From contig JAUHQG010000010.1 in the NCBI GenBank assembly GCA_030408475.1, forward strand, positions 4,200 to 68,199: 64,000 nt of DNA, in the 5' to 3' direction. Shown in pieces: positions 36,485 through 45,483 of this stretch (position 1 is the first letter of the stretch; each line of letters starts with the position of its first letter). Origin of the DNA: Candidatus Amphrikana amoebophyrae. GTDB taxonomy: Bacteria; Chlamydiota; Chlamydiia; Chlamydiales; JACRBE01. A program made the position numbers and the translations under genes. Under the pieces are notes generated by a model. The model ran no database searches and was not told where the DNA came from. It worked only from the letters and a program-made list of their open reading frames with translations.

Positions 36485-37645
36485 TTAAGTAGTAAAAAAC
36501 ACTACCTTAATAAATGTAACCACAAATAAAATAAGAACAGGGGTTTTGACAGGCTTAAACTTAAACAGTTTGTATAAAATATTAAGCACGCTCAATAATA
36601 AAAATGATGGGTACGCCACATTAAGAATTGGCGCCAAAAGCTTTACAATACCCGAAAACTCTAACATAGAAACTAGAGCTGTTAAGACTAAAACGACCAC
36701 AAGATTCCAAATATATGGCAATTTACCCCTAAAAATTGAGTTTTGAAGAAACTCAGAGCTAACTAAAGTAAGAGCAATAGCAGTGGTCAAACACGATAGC
36801 GCAACAGCTATGCAAACGACAAAGCCAGCATAAGGCCCTAATACAACATGCCCAATAGCACCCAGCAAATGATCAGAAGGAACTGACGCAAGAGAATCAC
36901 TATAAAGAGATGCAACTGTTGCAAAACCTATATAACTTAACCCCAGTAACAAAGCCCCAACTGAAGAAGCTTTTAATAAATGCCTGATTAAAGATTTGTG
37001 CGTCACTTTATCAACTCTATCCTCTTTCAACCTCTCACAAATAATCGAAGAAAAGAAGAAAGCAGCAAGAAGATCCATAGTAAAGTAACCTTCCTGTAAA
37101 CCATATATAAAGGAGTCATAGCGATCCATCACATCAGGTTGATTCCAATCCCCTGATATAAACCCTTTGATTACAATAACTAACAAAAACACTATTAAAA
37201 CAGGAGTTAAGACCAAGCCTAATAGATCAAGAATGCGATTGCGCTTGAAACAAAATAAGAAAATTACACCTGTTGCGATAACAGTGAACCAAACTAAATG
37301 CAAAGAAGTAAAGTAAACACTTAAAGTGGAGTAAGTTAGGGTAATGCACCTAGGTATACCACCAAAAGGGCCAATAAGAGCAAGTACTAGTATGGTTACA
37401 AAAGCGCCGGGAACCTTACCCAGTCGATTGAAAAAAGAGAGATAATTTCCTTCAAATAGAGTAGTAGCGATGAGCCCTGAAAAGGGAACAATAACCGCAG
37501 TAATAATGAGACCTAAGAGAGCAAAGCCTACCCCGCCTTTAACAGTGTACCCAACCATAAGAGGAAATATTACATTTCCAGCTCCAAAAAACATAGAAAA
37601 CATCGCTAAGCCATTAGAGACCCAGCGGTTTTTTAAGGCAGACAT
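36485..37645 (-). CDS. brnQ: Branched-chain amino acid transport system carrier protein
   Basis: FSMFFGAGNVIFPLMVG (cf E. coli BrnQ FALFVGAGNIIFPPMVG), LIITAVIVPF, IGPFGGIPR. A polytopic membrane protein. Confidence 0.75.
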   Translation of the reverse strand: MSALKNRWVSNGLAMFSMFFGAGNVIFPLMVGYTVKGGVGFALLGLIITAVIVPFSGLIATTLFEGNYLSFFNRLGKVPGAFVTILVLALIGPFGGIPRCITLTYSTLSVYFTSLHLVWFTVIATGVIFLFCFKRNRILDLLGLVLTPVLIVFLLVIVIKGFISGDWNQPDVMDRYDSFIYGLQEGYFTMDLLAAFFFSSIICERLKEDRVDKVTHKSLIRHLLKASSVGALLLGLSYIGFATVASLYSDSLASVPSDHLLGAIGHVVLGPYAGFVVCIAVALSCLTTAIALTLVSSEFLQNSIFRGKLPYIWNLVVVLVLTALVSMLEFSGIVKLLAPILNVAYPSFLLLSVLNILYKLFKFKPVKTPVLILFVVTFIKVVFFTT

Positions 37646-37764
37646 TTAAACTCCATAGAAATAGTCGTATATATGAAGACGATCATAAATGATCTTTCAA
37701 TTATGTGCACTAAAAACCCCAGACGCCAACAACACCTCTCGACAGTTAAAAATAACAAAAGCTA

Positions 37765-39684
37765 TTATTTGATCCAAACCCTATCTCTTTTAGCTCTGAC
37801 AGGAAGTCGACTATCAATAGATTGCAAAATTTTAATAACTTGAACTAAAGTTGTTCTTTCTACTCCACTCTCTTCATCAACTTGACAAGAGTGAGCGAGA
37901 TCTTCAAGCTCATCAAATGCATCGCGAGTTGAAATGGTGCTTGACGTCTCTGGAGATCGTGTTCCAACTCGCTGATACCCCCTTCTTCTAACACCTGAAC
38001 CTACACCTAAATCCCCTACTCCGATCCCTGAGCTGAAAGAAGGCGGTGAAACTGATCTTAAAGCTGTGTCCCCTGTTAACGGAGTTAACTCTCGCTCGAT
38101 TTGATTCCAAGCAGGATCAGCTTTTATTTTTAGTCTCATTGAAGCAACAAATTGTAAAATTGCGTCTCCAAATCCATAAATATCACTAGATTCATTTTGA
38201 ATGCCTGTTTGCTTAACTCTAGGATCCATAGGCCCATCAGTACCTGAAACTAATTTGCTATACAGTCTTGCATGAGCAGCGAAGAATTTTATAGCCAACC
38301 TAATTTCTCTTTTATTAGCTGTAAAAGCAGCTCCATTGGTACGAGCAAATCTTCTAAGACGCGCCTCAAATTCAAGCGGCAGTGGGAAGCAGCTATTGTC
38401 CTTATCCTTCAAACTAAGCAGCCCCAGCTCAACCAGCTTAAGTAATACAGGCTCGATGCAACAAGCCAGTTGAAGGCGAGCAGAACATCTAGCCGATCTT
38501 TTAGAGATAAAATCCTTATCTTCAACGCCTGACAAATCAATGATAAAGCCATGAGTACGCCAAAAAACAGATCTTTTTTCTTTAACGATAGTGGATGAAA
38601 CCAACATATTCGGAGCTTTAGCATCCCTTAATATTACATTAGCTAAATGAGCAGCCCTTAAAGCTTCAGCTATTTGAATAAGAGCACAAATACCAGTATG
38701 CACCATTCGCATTCTATAATCTAAGAGAGCCCCAAACCTATCCCTTGAGATTAACTCCCCTTCTGGTCTATCGATTAAGTCTCCACTCCTTGAAGCTATC
38801 TTTGGAACCCTAAGGCTAAAATCAACTAACTTATGTAGAGCAACGCATAACGGGTAAAACGCAGCCACATTGTAATTTCCTTCTCTATCTTTCCATCTAA
38901 AGGCCTTTTCAGTCTTTATCACTCCACTAGAGCCAATTACTGTTTGAAAGTACAATTCCCTGTAAAAAGCAGAAACTTTGTTGCCACTTTTTGGTAGGGC
39001 ATAAGCTAACGGCGTAATATCTACAAAAGAAGCGCAGGGGTAACAAAAAAACTTGGAAAAAGCAGCCACTTTTAAAGCAACAAAGACATCTTTTTCTGCC
39101 CCACTACCAATTTTTTTACCGCTAATTAAATAAATCACCCCATCCGGCATCACAAAACAGTCAAATGGCAGTGGATAGCCTCCCACATCACTCCCATTCT
39201 CCACAAAAATCGGCTTATCTTTAGGTCGATGCGCTAACAAATGCTTTCTAGCCTGAAAAAATGTATAAATAGAATCTATACTAGGGACTTGATTAGGATA
39301 TTGCATAAAGTAATTACAAGAGCTTCTTAAAACTCGATCTTGAAGCTTGTACGAGCGAGCATACACAACCCATTTAAAACAACTTGCAACTCGGGCCACA
39401 CATCCAAACAAACGAGAGCAGCACCCTTTTGGTTTAATCGTATATTTAGGATAAAACCTTTTCCTTGCTTCTGTCACTAAATGAGGAGCATTATATTCTC
39501 TTTTTTTATACGGAATTTGCACACTAAGAGACCCTGGGGTATCAAAATCGACAGGAGCAGCAACTCCTGCTCCAAGAGATTGCTCTTCACCTCTACATTT
39601 CATCCCAGTAAAATCATCACCTCTCCAGGTAAATTCTAATACGTATCTTTTCTCTTCGAAGAAACTAGCAACGGCTGCACACAT
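37765..39684 (-). CDS. Hypothetical protein with a divergent eukaryotic-like protein-kinase core and a Ser/Gly/Arg-rich tail
   Basis: KIGSGAEKDVFVALKV (G-loop plus beta-3 Lys), ALRAAHLANVILRDAKAPNMLV (catalytic loop with D, K and N retained), GFIIDLSGV (DFG-like), SSDIYGFGDAIL (subdomain IX-like). The N-terminal ~190 aa and the C-terminal tail are unrecognised. Confidence 0.5.
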   Translation of the reverse strand: MCAAVASFFEEKRYVLEFTWRGDDFTGMKCRGEEQSLGAGVAAPVDFDTPGSLSVQIPYKKREYNAPHLVTEARKRFYPKYTIKPKGCCSRLFGCVARVASCFKWVVYARSYKLQDRVLRSSCNYFMQYPNQVPSIDSIYTFFQARKHLLAHRPKDKPIFVENGSDVGGYPLPFDCFVMPDGVIYLISGKKIGSGAEKDVFVALKVAAFSKFFCYPCASFVDITPLAYALPKSGNKVSAFYRELYFQTVIGSSGVIKTEKAFRWKDREGNYNVAAFYPLCVALHKLVDFSLRVPKIASRSGDLIDRPEGELISRDRFGALLDYRMRMVHTGICALIQIAEALRAAHLANVILRDAKAPNMLVSSTIVKEKRSVFWRTHGFIIDLSGVEDKDFISKRSARCSARLQLACCIEPVLLKLVELGLLSLKDKDNSCFPLPLEFEARLRRFARTNGAAFTANKREIRLAIKFFAAHARLYSKLVSGTDGPMDPRVKQTGIQNESSDIYGFGDAILQFVASMRLKIKADPAWNQIERELTPLTGDTALRSVSPPSFSSGIGVGDLGVGSGVRRRGYQRVGTRSPETSSTISTRDAFDELEDLAHSCQVDEESGVERTTLVQVIKILQSIDSRLPVRAKRDRVWIK

Positions 39685-39734
39685 ATAAACCTCTTGGGTA
39701 TTGCTCTTAACACGACCTTTATAAAGATAATATT

Positions 39735-39745
39735 AATTTAACACA
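39735..39745 (-). promoter_or_regulatory. Putative extended -10 element TGTG-t-TAAATT (minus strand) for the kinase-like ORF
   Basis: The reverse complement of 39735-39745 reads TGTGTTAAATT, about 50 nt upstream of the ATG at 39684 and just after the upstream gene's stop. A second GTGTTAAGAG lies at 39704-39713 (minus). Confidence 0.3.
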
Positions 39746-39750
39746 AGTTT

Positions 39751-41121
39751 TTATATAATATGCCTTAAGGCTTGACGAAGAGACGGGTATCGAAAAACAA
39801 AGCCTGATTGATCTAGCTTTGCTGGAACTGCTCTTATAGAAGTAAGCAAAAGCTCTTCCCCCATTTGCCCATATATAAATAAAACCAAAGGTGAAGAAAA
39901 TCTGGGACCTAGAGGTTTATTAAGCCTTAAAGAGAGCTGAGATGAAAAATCTTTATTAGTAATAGCATTGGGTGATGAAATGTTGACAGGACCTACAACT
40001 TCTTTTTTCATCATGCAGTGATAAATCGCTGCCACCGTATCATCGATAGCTATCCAGCTCATATATTGTTTGCCAGAGCCAATCACAGCCCCACATCCCA
40101 ACTTAAAAAACTTGAGAATTTGTTTTAAGGCACCTTGTTTTGCACTTAAAATAGTTCCAAATCTCAAATTCACAACACGAGTACCTGAAATTGAAATTCT
40201 TTTTGAAGCTTGTTCCCATCTTTTACAAGTCTCCCCTAAAAAAGAATTTCCTACTTGAGAACACTCTTCAGCCACTTCTTGGCTGTCATGTTCACCGTAA
40301 TAGCCAACAGCAGAGGCACATAGTAAGGTTTGAGGTGGTGATGCAAGCGAAGCTAACAACTTAACCAGCCTCTCTGTAGTGAATATTCTAGATGAAAAAA
40401 TATTGTGCTTAACCGACTGAGTCCACCTTTTATCGGCAATATTTACTCCAGCCAAATTAACAATCGAATCAAATCCCTCTAATTCTGAAAGCTCCGCCTC
40501 TCCTGTTTCTGGATTCCAGCACACTTGATCATCTTTAATATTTTGACCATTTCGAACAAGCGTCTTAACTTGATGGCCTGCACATTTTAAGAAACTGACC
40601 AAAGCTTTACCTACAAGTCCACTTGCTCCAGCAATCAATATTTTTTGAGGTAAAATAGCTGGATATTTAGAAAAAAGGAGTAAATCATGACTTAAAACTT
40701 CATGCTTATATTCAAAAAAGCGCTTAAGTCTTTTTTCTAAGATCTTAGCGCGAAAATTGTGAAACCATTTACTACACTTAAATTTACAGCAAACCTCTTC
40801 AACAAGTTCACATGAATTAACTCCAACCCTTTTAACATACACCTTTAGACTAAAGTGATTAAACGGCCCTTTTAACATGTTTAAATCTAAAGCCGATCGC
40901 TCAACACTTTGATTGGACTCTAAAACCCACTGATGTTTAAAAAGGAACTCCCTTATAGAAAAATGCCAAACGATTTTATTTGCGTCTGAGTTACTTTTGG
41001 TTGAAATAGTAACATCCTCAGTTTGAGGGAAGCTTCTTTCAAGTGACCCTTCCTGAAGGTGCCATAAAAGAACATCTTTTTGAGGGAAGGTAAAGAGGGT
41101 GCGGTAAATATAATTTTCCAT
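39751..41121 (-). CDS. YfcH/TIGR01777-type NAD-dependent epimerase-like protein with N-terminal SRPBCC-like domain
   Basis: C-terminal 300 aa are colinear by eye with E. coli YfcH: ILIAGASGLVGKAL, VNLAGVNIADKRWT, AVGYYG, GSGKQYMSWIAIDD, GPVNISSP, GFVFRYP. The N-terminal ~150 aa form an extra domain. Confidence 0.7.
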   Translation of the reverse strand: MENYIYRTLFTFPQKDVLLWHLQEGSLERSFPQTEDVTISTKSNSDANKIVWHFSIREFLFKHQWVLESNQSVERSALDLNMLKGPFNHFSLKVYVKRVGVNSCELVEEVCCKFKCSKWFHNFRAKILEKRLKRFFEYKHEVLSHDLLLFSKYPAILPQKILIAGASGLVGKALVSFLKCAGHQVKTLVRNGQNIKDDQVCWNPETGEAELSELEGFDSIVNLAGVNIADKRWTQSVKHNIFSSRIFTTERLVKLLASLASPPQTLLCASAVGYYGEHDSQEVAEECSQVGNSFLGETCKRWEQASKRISISGTRVVNLRFGTILSAKQGALKQILKFFKLGCGAVIGSGKQYMSWIAIDDTVAAIYHCMMKKEVVGPVNISSPNAITNKDFSSQLSLRLNKPLGPRFSSPLVLFIYGQMGEELLLTSIRAVPAKLDQSGFVFRYPSLRQALRHII

Positions 41122-41209
41122 GATATCATTTATGATCTCATATCAAAAAAAATACAAGAATAAATTTTTCAACCCAGTTCTTTGTTTGGCAAATAGACAA
41201 ACCCAGGTT

Positions 41210-41279
41210 AAAAAAAGGGCTGCCACCACTAGGGCAGAAAACCACCTTTTGTTCAGTGTTTTTCTCTCAGCGTGGCAGC
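41210..41279 (-). terminator. Terminator-like structure after the DUF378 gene
   Basis: Minus-strand RNA GCUGCCAC (41279-41272) pairs with GUGGCAGC (41226-41219), followed by CC and U7 (plus-strand A-run 41210-41216). An alternative inner stem is CUGCC/GGCAG. The enclosed loop is large. Confidence 0.4.
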
Positions 41280-41285
41280 AAAAAA

Positions 41286-41486
41286 TTATTTTCTACATAC
41301 TTTAGAATAAACACCAAAGCTCCATAGACCGCTAAGTCCAATGAGGCTATAAATAATTCGACTTAAAACTGAATCGTTACCATCGAAAAGCCAGGCTATA
41401 AAATCAAAGTGGGCGAATCCCCATAGACCCCAGTTAAGGGCCCCAACAATCACCAATGTAAGTGCAATAAAACTAATCGCTTTCAT
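41286..41486 (-). CDS. DUF378-family small membrane protein
   Basis: ATG 41486 after GAGGAAG. MKAISFIALTLVIVGALNWGLWGF..LSRIIYSLIGLSGLW matches the DUF378 pattern (GALNWGL). Confidence 0.65.
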   Translation of the reverse strand: MKAISFIALTLVIVGALNWGLWGFAHFDFIAWLFDGNDSVLSRIIYSLIGLSGLWSFGVYSKVCRK

Positions 41487-41639
41487 TGAGCTTCCTCTAT
41501 TCATTTCTCTTAACTTCACACTAAACCAAAGCCTATGTTTTGTCACTCCTTTTTTATCCTCAAATCGCTCGATATTACAAATTCCTTGACATTCAGCTAA
41601 TTACGCATTAAAATTGGATCTCAAAAACTGGATTGAAAC

Positions 41640-41930
41640 ATGCACTTCGATAAAGAATCGCTAAAGCACCTCTCTCGTTTATGTCGTATTGATTGTAACG
41701 ATGAAGAGATTGGCAAACTTCACGTAAACTTAGAAGCCATTTTATCCCATATTGACCAACTCGATGAGATTGAAACTCGTGGTGTTGCCCCTTGTATCCA
41801 CGTCAATAGTGAACAAACTCTCTCTTTAGCAGAGGATGAACCACTAGACCCTATTAAACATCAAGACTTCCTTCGCAACGCTCCCGATTCTGTCGGCGGC
41901 ATGGTAAAAGTTCCACCCATTTTAGGATAG
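41640..41930 (+). CDS. gatC: Asp/Glu-tRNA(Asn/Gln) amidotransferase subunit C
   Basis: 96 aa, located immediately upstream of gatA. LSRL.RI....EE........IL..ID.L pattern. Confidence 0.85.
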   Translation: MHFDKESLKHLSRLCRIDCNDEEIGKLHVNLEAILSHIDQLDEIETRGVAPCIHVNSEQTLSLAEDEPLDPIKHQDFLRNAPDSVGGMVKVPPILG

Positions 41931-41932
41931 AC

Positions 41933-43402
41933 ATGTATAACGAATCTGCATTGCAAATTGCTCAAAAATTTAAAAGCGGCCAAGTAAGTGCTACTGAAAT
42001 TACCTCTTACTTTTTAAAACGCATATCAAGTGGCGATCACAAAATCGGCAGTTTTTTATCTTGTCTAGAAGAAAGAGCTCTTCAAAAAGCAAAAGAACTC
42101 GATCAAAAAAGGGCTGAAGGAAAACCTCTTGGAAAACTTGCAGGTGTTCCAATTGGAATAAAAGACAATATTCACGTCAAAGATGAAGTGACAACTTGCG
42201 CATCCAAGTTTCTATCTAATTATATAGCCCCATATGACTCTACAGTTACAAAACTCATTGAAGCAGAAGATGGTATTATCTTGGGCAAGCACAACTTAGA
42301 TGAGTTTGCCATGGGATCTACCAATGAAAATTCAGCATTTTTCCCCACTAAAAATCCATGGAATGAAAATATCGTAGCCGGCGGATCCTCCGGCGGGTCA
42401 GCAGCTAGCGTTGCTGCTGGGTTTACTAAAATCTCACTAGGAACTGACACAGGTGGCTCAATCCGTCTTCCTGCTGCTTTTTGTGGCTGCGTCGGTTTTA
42501 AACCAAGTTTTGGTAGGGTGTCTCGATACGGCCTTGTTGCTTTTGGCTCATCTCTCGATCAAATTGGCCCCCTTGCCACTAGTGTTGAAGATGCCGCTCT
42601 TATGATGGAAGTGATTGGAAAACATTGCTCAAAAGACTCAACTAGTTTAAACCTCGCCCCTCAACCATATATAAGTGAACTCAAAAACTCAGTCCAAAGC
42701 AAAACCGTTGGCGTACCGTTCCACCTCATCGATCAACTCCCCTCAGAAGCTCGCAGCCACTTTGAACAAAACATAGAACTGATGAAAAAAATGGGCCTCA
42801 ATATTATAGACATTAACCTAGATGTACTTAAATACTCCGTGCCTGTTTATTACATTATTGCCCCAGCAGAAGCTTCCACAAATTTAGCTAGATTTGATGG
42901 GGTTTTATATTCTAATAGAGCCAAAAATTGCGAAACAATAGATGATGTTTATCAAAATTCTAGAAGCGAAGGGTTTGGTCCTGAAGTAAAACAACGCATT
43001 TTACTTGGAACCTATGTTTTATCCGCTAAAGCTCAAGACGCCTACTATAAAAAGGCTCAACAAGTTAGAACGCTTATTATAAACGCGATGAAAAAAGCTT
43101 TCAATTCTTGCGATGTAATAGCCACACCGACCGCTCCTTACTCAGCGTTTGATCGAAATTCAATCCAAGATCCACTCAGCCTATACCTTCAAGATATTTA
43201 CACAATCCCAGCGAATCTAGCAGGACTCCCATCTATCAGCATTCCTACAGGCTTTACCTCTGATGATCGCCCTTTTGGCATGCAACTAATGGGCCCAAAG
43301 CATGAAGATGCCCGCCTTTTACGATTTGCTCATCACATTGAAAAAAATGTCTCACTTAGCCCCAAAATGTCACCCCACTTTGATAAGGAGAATTTAGCAT
43401 GA
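41933..43402 (+). CDS. gatA: Glutamyl-tRNA(Gln) amidotransferase subunit A
   Basis: Amidase signature GGSSGGSAASVAAG..GTDTGGSIRLPA. 489 aa. Operon position gatC-gatA-gatB. Confidence 0.95.
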   Translation: MYNESALQIAQKFKSGQVSATEITSYFLKRISSGDHKIGSFLSCLEERALQKAKELDQKRAEGKPLGKLAGVPIGIKDNIHVKDEVTTCASKFLSNYIAPYDSTVTKLIEAEDGIILGKHNLDEFAMGSTNENSAFFPTKNPWNENIVAGGSSGGSAASVAAGFTKISLGTDTGGSIRLPAAFCGCVGFKPSFGRVSRYGLVAFGSSLDQIGPLATSVEDAALMMEVIGKHCSKDSTSLNLAPQPYISELKNSVQSKTVGVPFHLIDQLPSEARSHFEQNIELMKKMGLNIIDINLDVLKYSVPVYYIIAPAEASTNLARFDGVLYSNRAKNCETIDDVYQNSRSEGFGPEVKQRILLGTYVLSAKAQDAYYKKAQQVRTLIINAMKKAFNSCDVIATPTAPYSAFDRNSIQDPLSLYLQDIYTIPANLAGLPSISIPTGFTSDDRPFGMQLMGPKHEDARLLRFAHHIEKNVSLSPKMSPHFDKENLA

Positions 43403-44868
43403 CCAATATCAACTACGAAGAATGGGAACCGGTCATCGGACTAGAGATTCATGCTCAACTCGACACGAAGACAAAAATGTTTTCTCGAGCTCCCAATAGA
43501 TACGGGGATGAACCCAATACAAATATCAGTATAGCTGATACAGGACAGCCTGGAGCCTTACCCGTGATAAACGGCGAAGCTGTTAAAAAAGCTGTTATGT
43601 TTGGCTTAGCAATTGATGCCGATATAGCCCTTACCTCTCAATTTGACAGAAAATCTTATTTTTACCCTGACAATCCTCGAAACTTTCAAATTACTCAATT
43701 TGAATTCCCTATTGTTCGGGGCGGAGTTATAGAAGCAGATGTGGATGGTAAAACAAAACGCTTTGACATCCATCATGCCCATTTAGAAGACGACACCGGC
43801 ATGCTAAAACACTTTAGCAAATTTACTGGTATAGACTACAACAGAGCAGGCGCTCCTTTAATTGAAATTGTCTCCATGCCATGCATGAGATCTCCTGGTG
43901 ATGCCGTTGCTTATGCTATGGCTCTTCGATCTGTCATGCAGTATGTGGGAACCTCAAATTGTAATATGGATGAAGGATCGATGAGAATCGACGTCAATAT
44001 AAGCGTTCGTAAAAAAGGGGAAAAAGGGCTACGAACTAAAGTTGAAATTAAAAACATGAACTCATTTTCAAATATGGCCCAAGCGATTGAATCTGAATTT
44101 ATTCGACAAGTCGCTCTTTATGTCAATAATCCTGATACTCCGCATAATGAAGTTGTTCACCAATCTACATGTCGATTTGACTTAGAAACGAAACAAACAG
44201 TTGTAATGAGAGTTAAGGAAACCGCTGATGATTATCGCTACTTTCCAGAACCAGATCTACCCCCTCTTGTATTAACTAAAGAATATATTGAAGAAATTAA
44301 GCACAACATTCCTGAACTTCCTCATGAACGATATAAACGTTATGTTAAAAAACTGAAAATTGGTGAATACTCTGCCACTTTACTCATTAACGATAAGGCA
44401 CTTAGCGATGAGTACGAGGAAGCTTTGAAACATACAACAAATGCAAGATCACTTTGCAACTGGTTAACAGTTGAATTTGTAGGCCGAATCAAAGAGAGCG
44501 GCAAGAGTTTATCTGAATTTGGAATCAAAGCTAAAAACGTAGCTGATTTAGTTAATTTGATAGAATCAGAAGTGATCACCGGAAGAATAGCCAAGCAAGT
44601 TGCAGATGACATGGTACAAAACCCCTCACTCACGCCAGAAGAAATAGTAAAAGCGAACCCCAATTATCAGCCGATAAAAGATGCAAAAGTTGTGGAAGAT
44701 ATCATAGACAAAGTCTTAGCCGCCAACCCAAGCTCTATTGAAGACTTTCATGGTGGAAAAGATCGCGCTTTTAACTATTTGGTAGGACAAGTGATGAAAG
44801 AGACAAAAGGGAAAGCATCTCCCGACATGGTAAAAGAGATGATCAAAGCCAAAATCGGTGACCAATAA
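43399..44868 (+). CDS. gatB: Asp/Glu-tRNA(Asn/Gln) amidotransferase subunit B
   Basis: WEPVIGLEIHAQL, YFYPD.P..FQITQ, DYNRAGAPLIEIV, and a C-terminal YqeY-like domain. 4-nt overlap with gatA. Confidence 0.95.
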   Translation: MTNINYEEWEPVIGLEIHAQLDTKTKMFSRAPNRYGDEPNTNISIADTGQPGALPVINGEAVKKAVMFGLAIDADIALTSQFDRKSYFYPDNPRNFQITQFEFPIVRGGVIEADVDGKTKRFDIHHAHLEDDTGMLKHFSKFTGIDYNRAGAPLIEIVSMPCMRSPGDAVAYAMALRSVMQYVGTSNCNMDEGSMRIDVNISVRKKGEKGLRTKVEIKNMNSFSNMAQAIESEFIRQVALYVNNPDTPHNEVVHQSTCRFDLETKQTVVMRVKETADDYRYFPEPDLPPLVLTKEYIEEIKHNIPELPHERYKRYVKKLKIGEYSATLLINDKALSDEYEEALKHTTNARSLCNWLTVEFVGRIKESGKSLSEFGIKAKNVADLVNLIESEVITGRIAKQVADDMVQNPSLTPEEIVKANPNYQPIKDAKVVEDIIDKVLAANPSSIEDFHGGKDRAFNYLVGQVMKETKGKASPDMVKEMIKAKIGDQ

Positions 44869-44909
44869 GATCTCATTTTGAAAGTAAGCCAACATACAAA
44901 TAACCACTT

Positions 44910-45311
44910 TTAGGTTAAATACTTTTGTAAGTGATTTACTTCATTACAAAGTGATCTTTTACCTTGAAAAGCGTCATTAATCGATTGCCAAAGGTGAGTT
45001 GAAGAATCTTGAGTTTCAGCAGGATGAATTAACCCTTCAATAGGATAGATAACCAAATCGTTAATTTTATCCTTCAATGAAGTAGTTAGTTTAAACTCTC
45101 TAGAAAATGGGGCAAAATGAGACTGAAGTCTCGCAGCAATATCTACAACATCCTCAGCTAAATCGCGAATTCTTTCTAAATCACTTTGGCGCGCTTCACC
45201 TGTTTTAAAAATGGATTCGACAGTTGATTGTAGACAAGCTACAGAATGAACAACATCTAACCCGTAGACGTCATCATATGAGTGTGACTCATAAATATGA
45301 TTAAGTTCCAC
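44910..45311 (-). CDS. Small acidic hypothetical protein (133 aa)
   Basis: GTG start at 45311, 7 nt after GAGGGAGA. About 21 D/E versus 12 K/R by my count. No recognisable family. Confidence 0.4.
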   Translation of the reverse strand: MELNHIYESHSYDDVYGLDVVHSVACLQSTVESIFKTGEARQSDLERIRDLAEDVVDIAARLQSHFAPFSREFKLTTSLKDKINDLVIYPIEGLIHPAETQDSSTHLWQSINDAFQGKRSLCNEVNHLQKYLT

Positions 45312-45441
45312 TAGATCTCCCTCAGAGTAAACTTCCCTTCTAACTTTCTGTTAACGTTTGATTAAGATTAAGTCAAACAGAAAGATATAAATAAAACTAT
45401 GTTAAGTTTTAGACATAACTTGGGTTGAAAAGATCCGGAGT

Positions 45442-45473
45442 AAAAAAAACATAGAGCACCGAAGCGCTCTATG
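45442..45473 (-). terminator. Strong intrinsic terminator (minus strand) after the Ala-rich coiled-coil ORF
   Basis: Minus-strand RNA CAUAGAGC-GC(UUCG)GU-GCUCUAUG forms an 8-bp stem extended by G-U and C-G pairs around a UUCG tetraloop, followed by U8 (plus-strand A-run 45442-45449). It lies 11 nt after the stop at 45484. Confidence 0.8.
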
Positions 45474-45483
45474 AAAATAAAAA

